From Patescibacteria group bacterium (GTDB taxonomy: Bacteria; Patescibacteriota; Patescibacteriia; UBA1558; S5-K13), in assembly GCA_028692545.1 (NCBI GenBank), contig JAQUXC010000004.1, positions 630-64,629 of the forward strand: a stretch of DNA of 64,000 bases. The letters are read 5' to 3'. How positions within the stretch are numbered: position 1 is the first letter of the stretch; each line of letters opens with the position of its first letter. The notes below the pieces were generated by a model that was given only the letters and a program-made list of their open reading frames with translations, did no database searches and was not told where the DNA came from. Shown here piece by piece: positions 38,343-50,164 of this stretch. The position numbers were made by a program, and so were the translations under genes.

Positions 38343-39266
38343 ATGAGTCTTATAAATAAAATAAAAACAAAAAAATTTGATTGGATAAATATAGCAAAAC
38401 CAAATGCTGGTTCTATAGAATATTTAAGACAAAATTTTAAATTTCACCCATTAGAATTAGAAGACTGTATAAATCCATCACCAAGAGCTAAATTAGATGA
38501 TTTTGATGATCATTTGTTCATAATAATGAATTTCCCTATATTTGATAGAAAAACTAGAAAAATATCACTTTCTGAATTAGATATATTTATAGGAAAAGAT
38601 TATCTCATCACAATAAATGATGGGCAATTAGAACCAATTAAAAAAATATTTGATAATTGCCAAATAAATCAAATTGAGAGGACAAAATATTTAAATGATG
38701 ATACAACATTTCTTTTATATCAAATAATAGATAATTTACAACAATATTGTCTCCCAATACTAAGTCATATAGATCAAGATTTAGACAATGTAGAAAATCG
38801 AATATTTAACAATGAAGAAAAGGAAATGGTAAGAGAAATACTTATCATAAAGAGAAATATAGTAAATTTTAGAAAAAGTGTTCAGTCACATAAAAACGTT
38901 ATAAAAAAACTTGGAAAAATGAGTTATAAAGATTTTGTAAAAGATGATTTAGATATATATTTTGCAAATGTCTTAGAACAATCAAAAGAAATATGGGAAA
39001 CAATAGAAAATGAAAAAGAAATAGTAGATGCACTACACGGAACAAATGAATCACTTATCTCTTTTAAATTAAACACTATAATGAAAGCCCTTACAATAAT
39101 TTCTGTACTTGTATTTCCTGCAACACTTATTTCTTCAATGTTTGGAATGAACTTTATAATCCCATTTCAAGCATCACAATACGGTTTTTTAGGCGCAATA
39201 ACTGTAATAACAATTTGTATGATAATATTATTTCTTTATTTCAAAAAAAAGGACTGGCTAGACTAA
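38343..39266 (+). CDS. corA: CorA-family Mg2+ transporter
   Basis: FHPLELED, MKALTII, FGMN, two C-terminal TMs, KKKDWL. Confidence 0.9.
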   Translation: MSLINKIKTKKFDWINIAKPNAGSIEYLRQNFKFHPLELEDCINPSPRAKLDDFDDHLFIIMNFPIFDRKTRKISLSELDIFIGKDYLITINDGQLEPIKKIFDNCQINQIERTKYLNDDTTFLLYQIIDNLQQYCLPILSHIDQDLDNVENRIFNNEEKEMVREILIIKRNIVNFRKSVQSHKNVIKKLGKMSYKDFVKDDLDIYFANVLEQSKEIWETIENEKEIVDALHGTNESLISFKLNTIMKALTIISVLVFPATLISSMFGMNFIIPFQASQYGFLGAITVITICMIILFLYFKKKDWLD

Positions 39267-39271
39267 TAAAT

Positions 39272-39465
39272 ATGCCAATATACGAATGACACTAATTATA
39301 CGAATTTCATTTGTATTATTTACATAAAATTAGTATATTAGTATTAAATTAGTATAATTAGTAAAATTAGTTTGCCTTCATTTCCACCTTCATTAAAACT
39401 TCAGTGGACTAGAAAGTTTCAGCGAGACAAGTATATTAGTATTATTAGTAAATTAGTATATTAGT
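39272..39465. repeat. AT-rich repeat copy 3, with TTAGTA expansions and a nested insertion at 39371-39431
   Basis: atgccaatatacgaatgacactaattatacgaat... similar to 6219; many ttagta units. Confidence 0.75.
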
Positions 39466-40887
39466 ATGTTTTTATACAATACACTCACAAGAGAAAAACA
39501 AGAATTTAAATCTATTAAAAAGGGTTTTGTTGGGCTATATACATGCGGTCCGACTGTTTACAATTATGCTCATATTGGAAATTTGAGAACATATATTTTT
39601 GAAGATATTTTAAAAAGAGTTTTAAAATACAACGAATATAAAGTAAAACATGTAATGAATATTACTGATGTTGGACATTTGACTGGTGATCGTGATATGG
39701 GTGAAGACAAACTTGAAAAAGAAGCAAAACTTGAAAACAAATCAGCTTGGGATATAGCAAAATTTTATACAGAAGAATTTAAAAAGAATTTAAAAGATTT
39801 AAATATAATAGAACCAAATATTTGGTGCAAAGCTACAGATCATATAAAAGAACAAATAAAATTGGTAGAAACTTTAGAAAAAAAAGGATTTACATACAAA
39901 ACAAGTGATGGAATTTATTTTGATACTTCAAAATTTCCTGCTTATAATAAATTGTCACATCAAAAATTAGAAAATCTACAAGAAGGGGCAAGAGTTGAAA
40001 AAAATACTGAGAAAAAAAATCCAACTGACTTTGCTTTATGGAAATTTTCGCCTTATGATGAAAAAAGGCAAATGGAGTGGAATTCTCCTTGGGGAATTGG
40101 ATTTCCTGGTTGGCATATAGAGTGTTCTGCAATGAGTATGAAATATTTGAAAAATAATTTGGACATTCATTGTGGTGGTGTAGATCATATAAATATTCAT
40201 CACAGTAATGAAATTGCACAATCAGAAGCTGCAACAAGAAAACCATTTTTCAATTTTTGGATTCATGGAGAATTTTTAAACATTGCATCTGGTGACAAAA
40301 TGGCAAAAAGTGAAGGAAACTTCTTGAGAATACAATCTTTGATTGATAAAAATATAAATCCATTAGCTTTTCGATTAATGTGCCTAACAACTCATTACAG
40401 AAAATCTTTAACATATAGCAATATAGCATTACAACATTTTAATGATGTTTTTATTACAATTAAAAATAATTACTTACAACTATTAAATGAGGTTAATAAA
40501 CCAGTATCTAAGATTTTGAAAGATGAAAAAAAATTAGTTGAATTTATCAAGAATAGAGAAATGATAAATTTTGAAAATGCAATAAATAATGATATGAACA
40601 TGGCTATTGCTTTTAGTGAATTTTATGATGTAATTAGAAATCATAATAATCCTGAAAAAAGTTTATATTTAGCATTAAAAATGGACGAAATTATTGGTCT
40701 AAATTTAAAAGATATTAAAGCTAAAAGACAAATTATTCCTGAAGATATTAAATTATTAGCAGAACAAAGATCAAAAGTAAGAACTGAAAAAAACTGGAGT
40801 GAATCGGATAGGTTAAGAAATGAAATAAATAAATTTGGATATGAAATCGAAGATACTGGTGATGGATATAATTTGAAGAAAAAATAA
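39466..40887 (+). CDS. cysS: Cysteine--tRNA ligase
   Basis: [29 protein letters not shown]. Confidence 0.96.
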   Translation: MFLYNTLTREKQEFKSIKKGFVGLYTCGPTVYNYAHIGNLRTYIFEDILKRVLKYNEYKVKHVMNITDVGHLTGDRDMGEDKLEKEAKLENKSAWDIAKFYTEEFKKNLKDLNIIEPNIWCKATDHIKEQIKLVETLEKKGFTYKTSDGIYFDTSKFPAYNKLSHQKLENLQEGARVEKNTEKKNPTDFALWKFSPYDEKRQMEWNSPWGIGFPGWHIECSAMSMKYLKNNLDIHCGGVDHINIHHSNEIAQSEAATRKPFFNFWIHGEFLNIASGDKMAKSEGNFLRIQSLIDKNINPLAFRLMCLTTHYRKSLTYSNIALQHFNDVFITIKNNYLQLLNEVNKPVSKILKDEKKLVEFIKNREMINFENAINNDMNMAIAFSEFYDVIRNHNNPEKSLYLALKMDEIIGLNLKDIKAKRQIIPEDIKLLAEQRSKVRTEKNWSESDRLRNEINKFGYEIEDTGDGYNLKKK

Positions 40888-40892
40888 ATTTT

Positions 40893-42005
40893 ATGACCAT
40901 AGAAAAACCAAACGAAATAAATCAAGAATTAAATGAGTCAAATAAAGAATTATTTAACTCTTTATCATATAAATATGAAAAACACAGGCCTATTGAAGAT
41001 AGTATAGTAAGACTTGATCAAGAAGAAGAAATTTATGAAGATCTTGAAAACAACAAATCTATTCTTATAAGAGGAAATTGGCGAGCCGGAAAAACAAGCA
41101 TGCTCAAATCTCTTGAAAATCATAAATTTGGTAAAGAAAATTCTATATTTATTGACGTTGCAGTGTTATCCTCATATTCTCTTGAGGAATTCAAAAAAAT
41201 ATTTGGAAAATATCAAATAATAGATTTTATATCACAAAAAACAAATCAAGACGAAAATAAAGTAGAAGAACAAATAAAAAATAGTGGAAAAACACCTATT
41301 GAATACTTAATTCAATATTTAGAACAAAATAGTGAAGAGAATATTTTTTTAGAAATAGATGAAGTAATTTCTCTTGCCCAAAAAAATCCAGAAGCATTAA
41401 AATATTTAGCTAGCTTAAAAAATGTCAGCCAAATTAAACTCGCTATAGTATTACATAGATTTCATTCTTTTGAAGAAGATTTTAAAAAAATATTTGATGG
41501 TTTCGAAACTCATTTTGTAAAACCACTTTCTTTTGATGAAGCAAAAAAACTTGTTTTAGCTCCACTAAAAGATACTCCTATTACTTTTTCAAATGATGCA
41601 ATAAAAAAAATTCTTGAATTCAGTGGTGGAAGACCATATGAAATAAATAATTTGTGTCACGCAATAATGAGTGATAATTCAGAGAGTAGTAATCAAAAAT
41701 TAAATTATGAAAAAAGTGATATAGAAAAAGCAATAAATAATTATCATGATTTATATAGTGATATTAGTAATGTAGTATACAACTATGAAGCAATATATTT
41801 AAAATCATTGAGTCAAGAAGAAAGAGATATCATTGATCTTTTAATTACAAAAAAACAAATTCCTATATCAGATATTGATAAGAAAATTATTCAACCACTT
41901 ATTGATACAACTTTTGTCAGATTAAACGAAAAGGATAGTGTTTATGAAATAAATGGTTCTTTTTTCCAAATATGTTTAGAGAAAAATTTGATAAGGAAAA
42001 AATAG
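40893..42005 (+). CDS. P-loop AAA+/STAND-like ATPase
   Basis: GNWRAGKTS Walker A, LEIDE Walker B, SGGRP. Confidence 0.78.
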   Translation: MTIEKPNEINQELNESNKELFNSLSYKYEKHRPIEDSIVRLDQEEEIYEDLENNKSILIRGNWRAGKTSMLKSLENHKFGKENSIFIDVAVLSSYSLEEFKKIFGKYQIIDFISQKTNQDENKVEEQIKNSGKTPIEYLIQYLEQNSEENIFLEIDEVISLAQKNPEALKYLASLKNVSQIKLAIVLHRFHSFEEDFKKIFDGFETHFVKPLSFDEAKKLVLAPLKDTPITFSNDAIKKILEFSGGRPYEINNLCHAIMSDNSESSNQKLNYEKSDIEKAINNYHDLYSDISNVVYNYEAIYLKSLSQEERDIIDLLITKKQIPISDIDKKIIQPLIDTTFVRLNEKDSVYEINGSFFQICLEKNLIRKK

Positions 42006-42098
42006 TTACTTGTTTATCAGCTTACGGCTTCGAAACCAGTTTCGTAAAACGTAATACTTTACGAGCATCGTAGCCGTCCAACATTACCGAAACAATAA

Positions 42099-43115
42099 AT
42101 GCCTAAAATAATAAAAAATTATAAAACAAAGAATTTCTGGCTTTCACTTAGAAAGCCAATTTTAGCTTTGGCACCTATGGCAGGAATTACTGACAGCGCA
42201 TATTGTACAATTTGTCGCAAAAACGGAGCTGATGTAGTTTATACTGAAATGATTTCTGCGGATGGCTTAAATTACAATTCCAAAAAAACTGGTAATATGT
42301 TAAAAATTCTAAAAGGTGAAAAACCTGTTGTGGTACAACTTTTTGGAAAAGATCCTGAGAAATTTGTACGTGCAACTCAAATTGTTACAAAATTAGGATT
42401 TTCTGGAATTGATATAAATTTTGGTTGTCCAGCAAAAAAAGTAGCGGGCCATGGTGGTGGTGCAACTTTGATGCGAGATTTAAATTTGTGTTACAAAATT
42501 ATAAAATCAGTTTGTGATAATACAGATCTACCAGTTTCTATAAAAGTAAGAAAATCAATAACTGCAAATAGTTGTAAGATTAAAAAATTAAAAGTTGAAA
42601 GCAATAAAGAAATTATTACATCACTCGATTTGATAAAAAAAATAAAAAACTTGAGAATTTCCACAATAATGATCCACTCACGAACTTATGAGCAGGGATT
42701 TAGTGGTGAAATTGATTATAATTACATCAAAAATGTCAGAAAACACTTCAAAGGTATAATTCTAGCAAATGGTAATATAAACACTCCAGAGATGGCAAAA
42801 AAGACCTTAGAATTGACAGGGGCTGATGGTATTGGAATTGCTCGTGGAGTATATGGAAAACCATGGATTTTTAAGCAATGTAAAGATTATTTGGAAACTA
42901 ATAAATACAAAGAAAAAACTTGGGCTCAGATAAAAAAAATAGCACTTACTCATGCTAAATTAAATTTTGAAATTAAAAGTGATTATGGAATAGTAGAAAT
43001 GCGCAAACATTTACTCTTTTATACAAAAAATCAAAAGTTTGCAAAAGAAATGAGAAGAGAACTGGTAAATGTAAAAACAATATCAGAAATAAAAAAAGTA
43101 TTTGATAAATACTAA
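42099..43115 (+). CDS. dusB: tRNA-dihydrouridine synthase (DusB-like)
   Basis: LAPMAG, TEMIS, QLFG, DINFGCP, IHSR, ANGNI, RKHL. Confidence 0.9.
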   Translation: MPKIIKNYKTKNFWLSLRKPILALAPMAGITDSAYCTICRKNGADVVYTEMISADGLNYNSKKTGNMLKILKGEKPVVVQLFGKDPEKFVRATQIVTKLGFSGIDINFGCPAKKVAGHGGGATLMRDLNLCYKIIKSVCDNTDLPVSIKVRKSITANSCKIKKLKVESNKEIITSLDLIKKIKNLRISTIMIHSRTYEQGFSGEIDYNYIKNVRKHFKGIILANGNINTPEMAKKTLELTGADGIGIARGVYGKPWIFKQCKDYLETNKYKEKTWAQIKKIALTHAKLNFEIKSDYGIVEMRKHLLFYTKNQKFAKEMRRELVNVKTISEIKKVFDKY

Positions 43116-43123
43116 TTTTACTA

Positions 43124-43198
43124 TGGTACCGTCACGGAGAATCGAACTCCGATTACCAGGATGAGAACCTGGCGTCCTAGCCGTTAGACGATGACGGC
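43124..43198 (-). tRNA. tRNA-Glu (CTC)
   Basis: GCCGTCA/TGACGGT stem, anticodon CTC, GTTCGATTC, CCA encoded. Confidence 0.95.
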
Positions 43199-43262
43199 AA
43201 AATCACACATTATTAAATCTATAAAAACTCTGACTACTAAAAGCTAATTAGACTAAGCTTAA

Positions 43263-43733
43263 TTAATAAACTTCTATTTTCACATCCCCTATTCCAGCTT
43301 TATCAATTCCAATAGCTTTTGCTCCAGCATATGATAAATCTAGTTCTGCACTATATTTCTTAATCTTTTCTCCAGAACTATTTTCTACAGATTTATATGA
43401 AAATGGTCCACGATCTTTTACAACAACATAAACATATTTACCATTTGCCATATTTGTAACTTTTAATTTTGTACCAAATTTATATCTTCTATGAGCAGCA
43501 GTATTTTCATTGTACATATCAAACTTTTCTCCATTTGCCATTTTTTTACCATGAAATGCTTTTCCATACCACATAGCTTTTCCAGTATAAACTTTTTTTG
43601 GCTTTTGATTTTCTGGAATTCCTAATGTATTTATGGTAGATTTTGTATCCTCTATCTTTGCAAGCAAATAACTCGGAAACAAAATAAAAAAACTAAACAA
43701 AAAACATATTAAATATTTATATTTTTTTTTCAT
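43263..43733 (-). CDS. rlpA: RlpA-like double-psi beta-barrel protein
   Basis: GKAMWYG..FHGKKMANGE, TAAHR, DRGPF, LDLS. Confidence 0.85.
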   Translation of the reverse strand: MKKKYKYLICFLFSFFILFPSYLLAKIEDTKSTINTLGIPENQKPKKVYTGKAMWYGKAFHGKKMANGEKFDMYNENTAAHRRYKFGTKLKVTNMANGKYVYVVVKDRGPFSYKSVENSSGEKIKKYSAELDLSYAGAKAIGIDKAGIGDVKIEVY

Positions 43734-43781
43734 ACAATTTTTTTAGAAAATAATAAAATCTATTTTATTATATATCAAAAG

Positions 43782-45095
43782 TTAATATAAGTCATCCCCT
43801 GTTGTATATTTCCAATCTTTACTTGAAACTGTTATAACTTTATTCCAATCAAGTCCTCTTCTTATAAAAGCTTCTTCTGTAAAAAATGGTCTTTTTTTAC
43901 TATTATCTAACATATAAATTGCATTTTCACCTTCATATCTTATAAGAGTTCCCGTTGGATGTTTACTTTTTTTTGTAAGACTTTTCATTTCTCTATAATT
44001 GTTCAAAACAGAATCATCAACTACTTTTATCCATTCCCATTTAAAACCTAATTTATTAAATGCCTCTTCATCTTCTATCCAAGATTTTTTTGTTCCATCT
44101 ATAAAATATACTTTATTATTTGATCCTTTAGCTAAATCCCCAGAAGATAATTGATTTCCGAGTGCTTTTGTTTTGAAACTCATTATACCACTTGTATAAC
44201 TCTTATTTCCAAAACTATTATATAACTTTATTTTGTAATAATATATCGTATTTGGTTCTAATTCTTTTAAGGTAATATAGTGCTCTAATTCATAAAAAGT
44301 ACTTACATCTACTTTTTTATTTACTTTTTTTGGATCAGTACCATAATAAATAAGACTCTTCGAAGCTAATGTACTACCCCATGAAATATTTGCCTCTGTC
44401 TGAGAAACTTCATCACTATTAAAACTACCTGGTTTTACATTTTTCACATTCAAATCTCCTTCTTGGGAAGTTGTTCTAAAATTCATTACTACAGAAGATT
44501 CATTTTTATCCCTATCTATTGCAGATATTTTTATATAATATTTTAAGGATGGTTTAAGTTTTGTAATAAATTTTACATGTTCTGTGTCGTAAGAACCATA
44601 AGTCACGCTATTTAACATTAATTCTTGATTTTCATCATAATAAATATTGGCTTTTGTTTCTTCATCTGTTGTCCATTTTATTAAAACAGCATCATTTGTT
44701 GCTTGTATTATTTTATAATCAATAAATCTAGGTGGATTTTCATCTATCATATCATCTGTTGAAAAAGTACGTATTGTAGATTCATATTCATTATCAGCAT
44801 TGTCTATTGCTACTATTTTATAATAATAAGATTCATCACCAGAAAGACCTGTTAAAGTACTATTGTGAAACATTGTATATACGCCATATCCCATACTTTT
44901 ATCCATATTTTCAGGATCTGTACCATAATATACAGTACCTTTTACGGTAATATTTGTATTCCATTCTAAATTGACAGAACCATTTTTTAAATTTGAAATT
45001 TCAAATTTGTTAAATATATCAGATGCTTGAATTGTTTTTGTATTAATAACACATAAAAACATTAAAAATAACAATAAAAAAAATATTTTTTTCAT
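43782..45095 (-). CDS. Secreted protein with three FN3-like repeats (likely start MKKIFF)
   Basis: Repeated W-T...YYG...H...L..L...YYYKI pattern; signal peptide. Confidence 0.78.
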   Translation of the reverse strand: MKKIFFLLLFLMFLCVINTKTIQASDIFNKFEISNLKNGSVNLEWNTNITVKGTVYYGTDPENMDKSMGYGVYTMFHNSTLTGLSGDESYYYKIVAIDNADNEYESTIRTFSTDDMIDENPPRFIDYKIIQATNDAVLIKWTTDEETKANIYYDENQELMLNSVTYGSYDTEHVKFITKLKPSLKYYIKISAIDRDKNESSVVMNFRTTSQEGDLNVKNVKPGSFNSDEVSQTEANISWGSTLASKSLIYYGTDPKKVNKKVDVSTFYELEHYITLKELEPNTIYYYKIKLYNSFGNKSYTSGIMSFKTKALGNQLSSGDLAKGSNNKVYFIDGTKKSWIEDEEAFNKLGFKWEWIKVVDDSVLNNYREMKSLTKKSKHPTGTLIRYEGENAIYMLDNSKKRPFFTEEAFIRRGLDWNKVITVSSKDWKYTTGDDLY

Positions 45096-45280
45096 AATAA
45101 TAATTAATTTATTAAATATATTATTAAAATAACATATTATATTAATAATGTCAATCAATAATATTTATCTCTTTTATAATAACACAATACAAAAAAATTA
45201 AAAAATAAACAAATTACCAGTCAATGATTGTTTTTATGGTTTAAATTTGATAGAATTTTCATATAAATTAATACATATAA

Positions 45281-46657
45281 ATGTTTACAAATATAAACAA
45301 AATTCGTTTCAAAAAAATAATATTACTAATTGGGGATATGTTTTTTTTATATTTTTCTCTTTTTTTAACATTATTATTAAGATTTAAAAATAATTATACA
45401 TATGAATTATTAAAAGAACATATATATAATTTTAGTATTCTGTATATTTTTTGGATAATAATGATATTCAGCTTTAGACTCTATGAAGCAAATAAACCTA
45501 TTACAAAAACAACTACTCTTGCCATAAATATATTAAACTTTTCAATAATCAATTTCTTTATAAGTGTATTGTATTTTTATATAAAACCAAATGTAGTTAT
45601 AACACCAAAAACCGTACTTATAATAAATATATTTGTTTTTGCTGCAATATTCTATATTTGGAGAATACTTATAAACAAAATTATTTACAAAGGTTCAAAA
45701 TCCAAAAATTGCTTATTGATAACAAATAATACCGAATTAATAAAAGATGTGGCAAAAAATCTAGAATTAGAACTTAATGTAAAAACTTATGTAAACCCAA
45801 GTGATGAAATAAACAATTCTGAAATAGAAAAAATACAATTAAATAATATAAATTATTATATCAAACAGAATAATATACAGACTATAATCATTGATGATGC
45901 ATTACTTGAATCAAAAAGAACTGCAGATCAATTATTTGAATGTATTAAATTGCGCCTTGAAATAATAAAGGCAAGTGACTTCTATGAAAAATTTTTGGGA
46001 AAGGTGTCAATATCTAATATCAATCAACTTTGGTTTATAAGTAATCTAAATGAAAATGCTAAATATTTTTCTGATTTTATAAAAAATGTACTAGACAAAA
46101 TATTAAGTATAATATTTATAATAATTTCGATTCTACTATCTCCATTTATAATTTTACTTATAAAAATAGATTCTCGCGGTCCTGTACTCTTTAGACAAAT
46201 TAGAACTGGAAAAAACAACAAAAAATTCATGGCTATGAAATTTAGAACTATGAATATTGATGCTGAAAAAGATGGTCCTCAATGGTCAAAAAATAATGAC
46301 CCGAGAGTTACAAAAATAGGAAATTTTTTGAGAATTTCAAGGCTAGATGAAATTCCTCAGTTTATAAATATATTAAAAGGCGAAATGTCTCTTATTGGGC
46401 CAAGACCAGAGCGACCCGAATTTGTAAAAGAATTAAGAGAAAAAATAGATTTTTATGATCAAAGATTACTTGTAAAACCAGGACTCACTGGCTGGGCTCA
46501 AATAAATTATCCATATGGAAGTTCAGTAGAAGATGCTTATGAAAAATTGCAATATGATTTATATTATGTAAAAAATAGAAGTTTGATATTGGACTTATCC
46601 ATAATACTAAAAACAATACACACTATTACAAAAAAATTAATTGGAAAGGAATTGTGA
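45281..46657 (+). CDS. Polyprenyl-phosphate sugar-phosphate transferase (WcaJ/WbaP type)
   Basis: KFRTM, DPRVT, LDEIPQ, GEMSLIGPRPE, KPGLTGWAQ. Confidence 0.92.
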   Translation: MFTNINKIRFKKIILLIGDMFFLYFSLFLTLLLRFKNNYTYELLKEHIYNFSILYIFWIIMIFSFRLYEANKPITKTTTLAINILNFSIINFFISVLYFYIKPNVVITPKTVLIINIFVFAAIFYIWRILINKIIYKGSKSKNCLLITNNTELIKDVAKNLELELNVKTYVNPSDEINNSEIEKIQLNNINYYIKQNNIQTIIIDDALLESKRTADQLFECIKLRLEIIKASDFYEKFLGKVSISNINQLWFISNLNENAKYFSDFIKNVLDKILSIIFIIISILLSPFIILLIKIDSRGPVLFRQIRTGKNNKKFMAMKFRTMNIDAEKDGPQWSKNNDPRVTKIGNFLRISRLDEIPQFINILKGEMSLIGPRPERPEFVKELREKIDFYDQRLLVKPGLTGWAQINYPYGSSVEDAYEKLQYDLYYVKNRSLILDLSIILKTIHTITKKLIGKEL

Positions 46658-46658
46658 T

Positions 46659-47615
46659 ATGAATATACTTGTGACTGGAGGCGCTGGGTTTATTGGTTTT
46701 CATCTTTGCAAAAAATTATTAGAAAATAATGAAAATATAATAATAATTGATAATTTCAATGATTATTATGATATTAAACTAAAAAGAGATAGAATATTTG
46801 AATTAAAAAAATTTGGAAATTTTAAGATTTATGAAATAGATATATCTGAGTTTAATAATTTAAAAAATGTATTTTCTGAAAATAAAATAGATAAAATTTG
46901 TCATTTGGCAGCTCAAGCAGGAGTGAGATATTCAATAGAAAATCCATTTGTATATGAACATACAAATAATCTAGGAACATTAAATTTACTTGAACTCTGT
47001 AAAAAATTTAATATAAAAAATTTTATTTATGCATCATCATCCTCTGTTTATGGTGGAAATGATTCTGAAATATTCTCCGAAATAGATAATGTTGATAAGC
47101 CAATATCACTATATGCTGCTACAAAAAAAACAAATGAGCTATATGCTTATACATATCATCATTTATATAATATAAATTGCACTGGTCTTAGATTTTTTAC
47201 TGCATATGGCCCATGGGGACGTCCAGATATGGCATATTTCAAATTTACAAAAAATATTTTAGAAAAAAAAGAAATAGAAATATACAACAATGGAGAAATG
47301 ATGAGAGATTTTACTTATATTGATGATATAGTATTGGGAATAATAAATGCTTTAGAAAAATGTTATCCTTATGAAATATTTAATTTAGGAAACAATAATC
47401 CTATAAAATTATTAAATTTTGTTGAAATAATAGAAAAATGTTTAGATAAAAAATCTATACAAAAAATGATGCCACTTCAAGATGGAGATGTTATAAAAAC
47501 ATGCGCAAATATAGACAAAGCAAAAAAAATGTTAGATTTTAATCCAAAAATAGATATGAATACAGGAATAAAAAATTTTATTAACTGGTATATCAAATAT
47601 TACAATGTTAAATAA
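46659..47615 (+). CDS. NAD-dependent epimerase (UDP-glucuronate 4-epimerase-like)
   Basis: TGGAGFIG, HLAAQAGVRYS, YAATK, GPWGRPDMA. Confidence 0.9.
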   Translation: MNILVTGGAGFIGFHLCKKLLENNENIIIIDNFNDYYDIKLKRDRIFELKKFGNFKIYEIDISEFNNLKNVFSENKIDKICHLAAQAGVRYSIENPFVYEHTNNLGTLNLLELCKKFNIKNFIYASSSSVYGGNDSEIFSEIDNVDKPISLYAATKKTNELYAYTYHHLYNINCTGLRFFTAYGPWGRPDMAYFKFTKNILEKKEIEIYNNGEMMRDFTYIDDIVLGIINALEKCYPYEIFNLGNNNPIKLLNFVEIIEKCLDKKSIQKMMPLQDGDVIKTCANIDKAKKMLDFNPKIDMNTGIKNFINWYIKYYNVK

Positions 47616-48867
47616 TTCACAAAATTTTATTTACAAAATTCTAAAAAAATCTGAAAAATTTTTTCAAACAGATATGATATATGTTGCAAAGAATGGATTT
47701 TGGCTTACATTGGGCCAAATTATATCTTCAATATCTTCATTTTTATTAGCAATAGCTTTTGCAAACTTATTACCAAAAGAAATTTATGGAACTTATAAAT
47801 ATATTTTATCTATATTAGGAATATTATCTATTTTTACATTATCTGGTATAAATACATCTTTGACTCGTTCAGTGGCTAGAGGTTTTGATGGTTCTCTAAA
47901 ACTTGCCTTAAGGGAAAAAATAAAATGGGGTTCAATTGGAAGTATAATATCTCTTGGAATATCAATTTATTATTATTTGAATGGAAATTTTGTTTTAACA
48001 ATTTGTTTTATTATTACAACTATATTTTTACCATTTATGGATTCTTTCAATATTCATATTGCAATTCTAAATGGCAAAAAAGATTTTAAATTAGCTACAA
48101 AATACAATATTATAACTCAAGTAATTTCATCAATTTTGATGATTTTAATATTAATAATTTCAAAAAATATATTTTTATTGTTATTAATTTATTTTATATC
48201 TTATACAAGTTTAAGGCTTATATTTTTAAAATTAACTATAAAAAAAGAAAATCTCAATTTCAAAATAGAGTCTGACACAATTTCTTATGGAAAACATTTG
48301 AGCTTAATGAATGTAATAGTTTTGATATCAAATCAAATTGACAAAATAGTAGTCTGGCAATTTATTGGTTCAGCAGAACTCGCAATATACTCAATAGCAA
48401 TTGCTATGCCAGAACAAATAAAAGGATTTTTGGGAAATATAAATACATTGGCATTTCCAAAATTTGCCGAAAAATCAAAAGAGGAAATAAGAAAAAATAT
48501 TTACAAAAAAATAGGAAAACTTTTTATTATTGTAATTTTAATTATTGCAACATATTGGCTTCTATCTCCTATAATTTTCAAAATTCTTTTCCCTAAATAT
48601 TTGGATAGTCTTTTTTATAGTCAATTGTTTTCACTTGGACTTATAAATATTCCAATCGCTTTTATTGGATTACCAATTCTTCAATCTCATAGACTTACAA
48701 AAGAATTGTATAAAATAAATATTTTCAATTCTATAATACAAATTGTATTAATATTATTTGCAACTTATTTCTATGGGTTAATAGGACTTATAATAGCAAG
48801 AATAATCACCAGAGTTATTATTGGCATTGTTTACCTACTAAAATTAAGAAGTCTTAAATATTTTTAA
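47605..48867 (+). CDS. Wzx-like oligosaccharide flippase
   Basis: Many TM segments; YGTYKY, QIDKI; position in the glycan cluster. Confidence 0.82.
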   Translation: MLNNSQNFIYKILKKSEKFFQTDMIYVAKNGFWLTLGQIISSISSFLLAIAFANLLPKEIYGTYKYILSILGILSIFTLSGINTSLTRSVARGFDGSLKLALREKIKWGSIGSIISLGISIYYYLNGNFVLTICFIITTIFLPFMDSFNIHIAILNGKKDFKLATKYNIITQVISSILMILILIISKNIFLLLLIYFISYTSLRLIFLKLTIKKENLNFKIESDTISYGKHLSLMNVIVLISNQIDKIVVWQFIGSAELAIYSIAIAMPEQIKGFLGNINTLAFPKFAEKSKEEIRKNIYKKIGKLFIIVILIIATYWLLSPIIFKILFPKYLDSLFYSQLFSLGLINIPIAFIGLPILQSHRLTKELYKINIFNSIIQIVLILFATYFYGLIGLIIARIITRVIIGIVYLLKLRSLKYF

Positions 48868-49348
48868 TTATCTCCGCTGGAACACCAGCAACAACTACAT
48901 TTGATGGAATATCTTTTGTTACAACAGATCCAGTACCAACAACAGAATTTGTTCCAATTGTAACTCCTGGATTTATTATTACACCAGATCCAATCCATAC
49001 CCCATGTTCAATATTTATTGGCTTAGCAATATGAATTCTATCACCCATTTTCTTTTTATAATCTAATCCACCAGAATTTATAATCACATAAGGCGAAATA
49101 TGAACATAATCACCAATTATAATTTTTTCTCTTGCATTCAAAAACCCACTTTCATTTATAGTAGAATTATTACCAAAATTTATATTTTCTGAATTAATCA
49201 CATTTATAGAGCCAAATATATTACTATTTTTTCCAAAATTAGAAAATAAATTACTATAATAAAAATTTCTTGTTTTCAATAAAATACATTCTCTTTTTAT
49301 AAAAATAAATTTTATAATAGTTTTTATAATACCATTTTTATTCATCAT
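48854..49348 (-). CDS. Hexapeptide-repeat O-acyltransferase
   Basis: [16 protein letters not shown]...VVTKDIP...GVPA. Confidence 0.88.
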   Translation of the reverse strand: MMNKNGIIKTIIKFIFIKRECILLKTRNFYYSNLFSNFGKNSNIFGSINVINSENINFGNNSTINESGFLNAREKIIIGDYVHISPYVIINSGGLDYKKKMGDRIHIAKPINIEHGVWIGSGVIINPGVTIGTNSVVGTGSVVTKDIPSNVVVAGVPAEIIKNI

Positions 49349-49354
49349 AAATAT

Positions 49355-50164
49355 TTATTGTATTAAAATTATATAGCGTTGTTCTTTTCTAATTTCCCTT
49401 AAACTTATATTTCTACTTTTATCAAATAATGCCATAAAATCATTAATAGATTTGCCTGTTAAATCCGCATGAAATTCTCCTATTATTTCACATATAGAAT
49501 TTATTGATTTTATATTTTGAAAAATTTCAAATTCCGCACCCTCAACATCAAATTTTAAAATATCCACAAAATCTATATTATTTTTAAACATATAATCATC
49601 TATAGAAAAGGAATTAACTTCTATAAAATTTTGATTTTTTAATCTCTGTATCATACTAGAAGACATACTACTATTTGGATATGGATAAAATTTTATTTTT
49701 CCAGTTGATTTAGTGATAGCCATATTTTCACAAATCACATCTTTAAATTGTGATGTATTTAATTTTAAAAAATCGAATACTTTTTTGTCTGGCTCAAAAC
49801 AATAAATTATTGCTTGAGGAAATTTTAATTTAAAATAAATAACAGATAAACCAACATTTGAACCAATATCAAATATAATATTTGCTACATTTTTTGAATC
49901 AAATTTATATTCTTTATTTATAAAAATTTCATCAAAAATAGCAAAATCACAGTTACTCATAGGATAAAAATTAAAATATTTTATATCATATCCATCCACA
50001 AACTTTAAACATAACTTAACTCTAATTTGTGGTAATAAAGAGATCTTTTTTTTCAAAGAAAAGAACGAAATCACAAAAAGTATTTTTATAAATTCAACCC
50101 TATTAGCACTTATATTATGTGCAAATTTTATTTTTTCAATTATCCTATTTGATATTTTATTCAT
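49355..50164 (-). CDS. FkbM-family methyltransferase
   Basis: FDIGSNVG, FEP, LKFDVEGAE. Confidence 0.88.
   Translation of the reverse strand: MNKISNRIIEKIKFAHNISANRVEFIKILFVISFFSLKKKISLLPQIRVKLCLKFVDGYDIKYFNFYPMSNCDFAIFDEIFINKEYKFDSKNVANIIFDIGSNVGLSVIYFKLKFPQAIIYCFEPDKKVFDFLKLNTSQFKDVICENMAITKSTGKIKFYPYPNSSMSSSMIQRLKNQNFIEVNSFSIDDYMFKNNIDFVDILKFDVEGAEFEIFQNIKSINSICEIIGEFHADLTGKSINDFMALFDKSRNISLREIRKEQRYIILIQ

Noticed and set aside
39300-39465. Possible CRISPR array in the ttagta repeats
   Set aside because: Units are 6-8 nt, with no 23-50-nt repeats separated by unique spacers and no cas genes in the window
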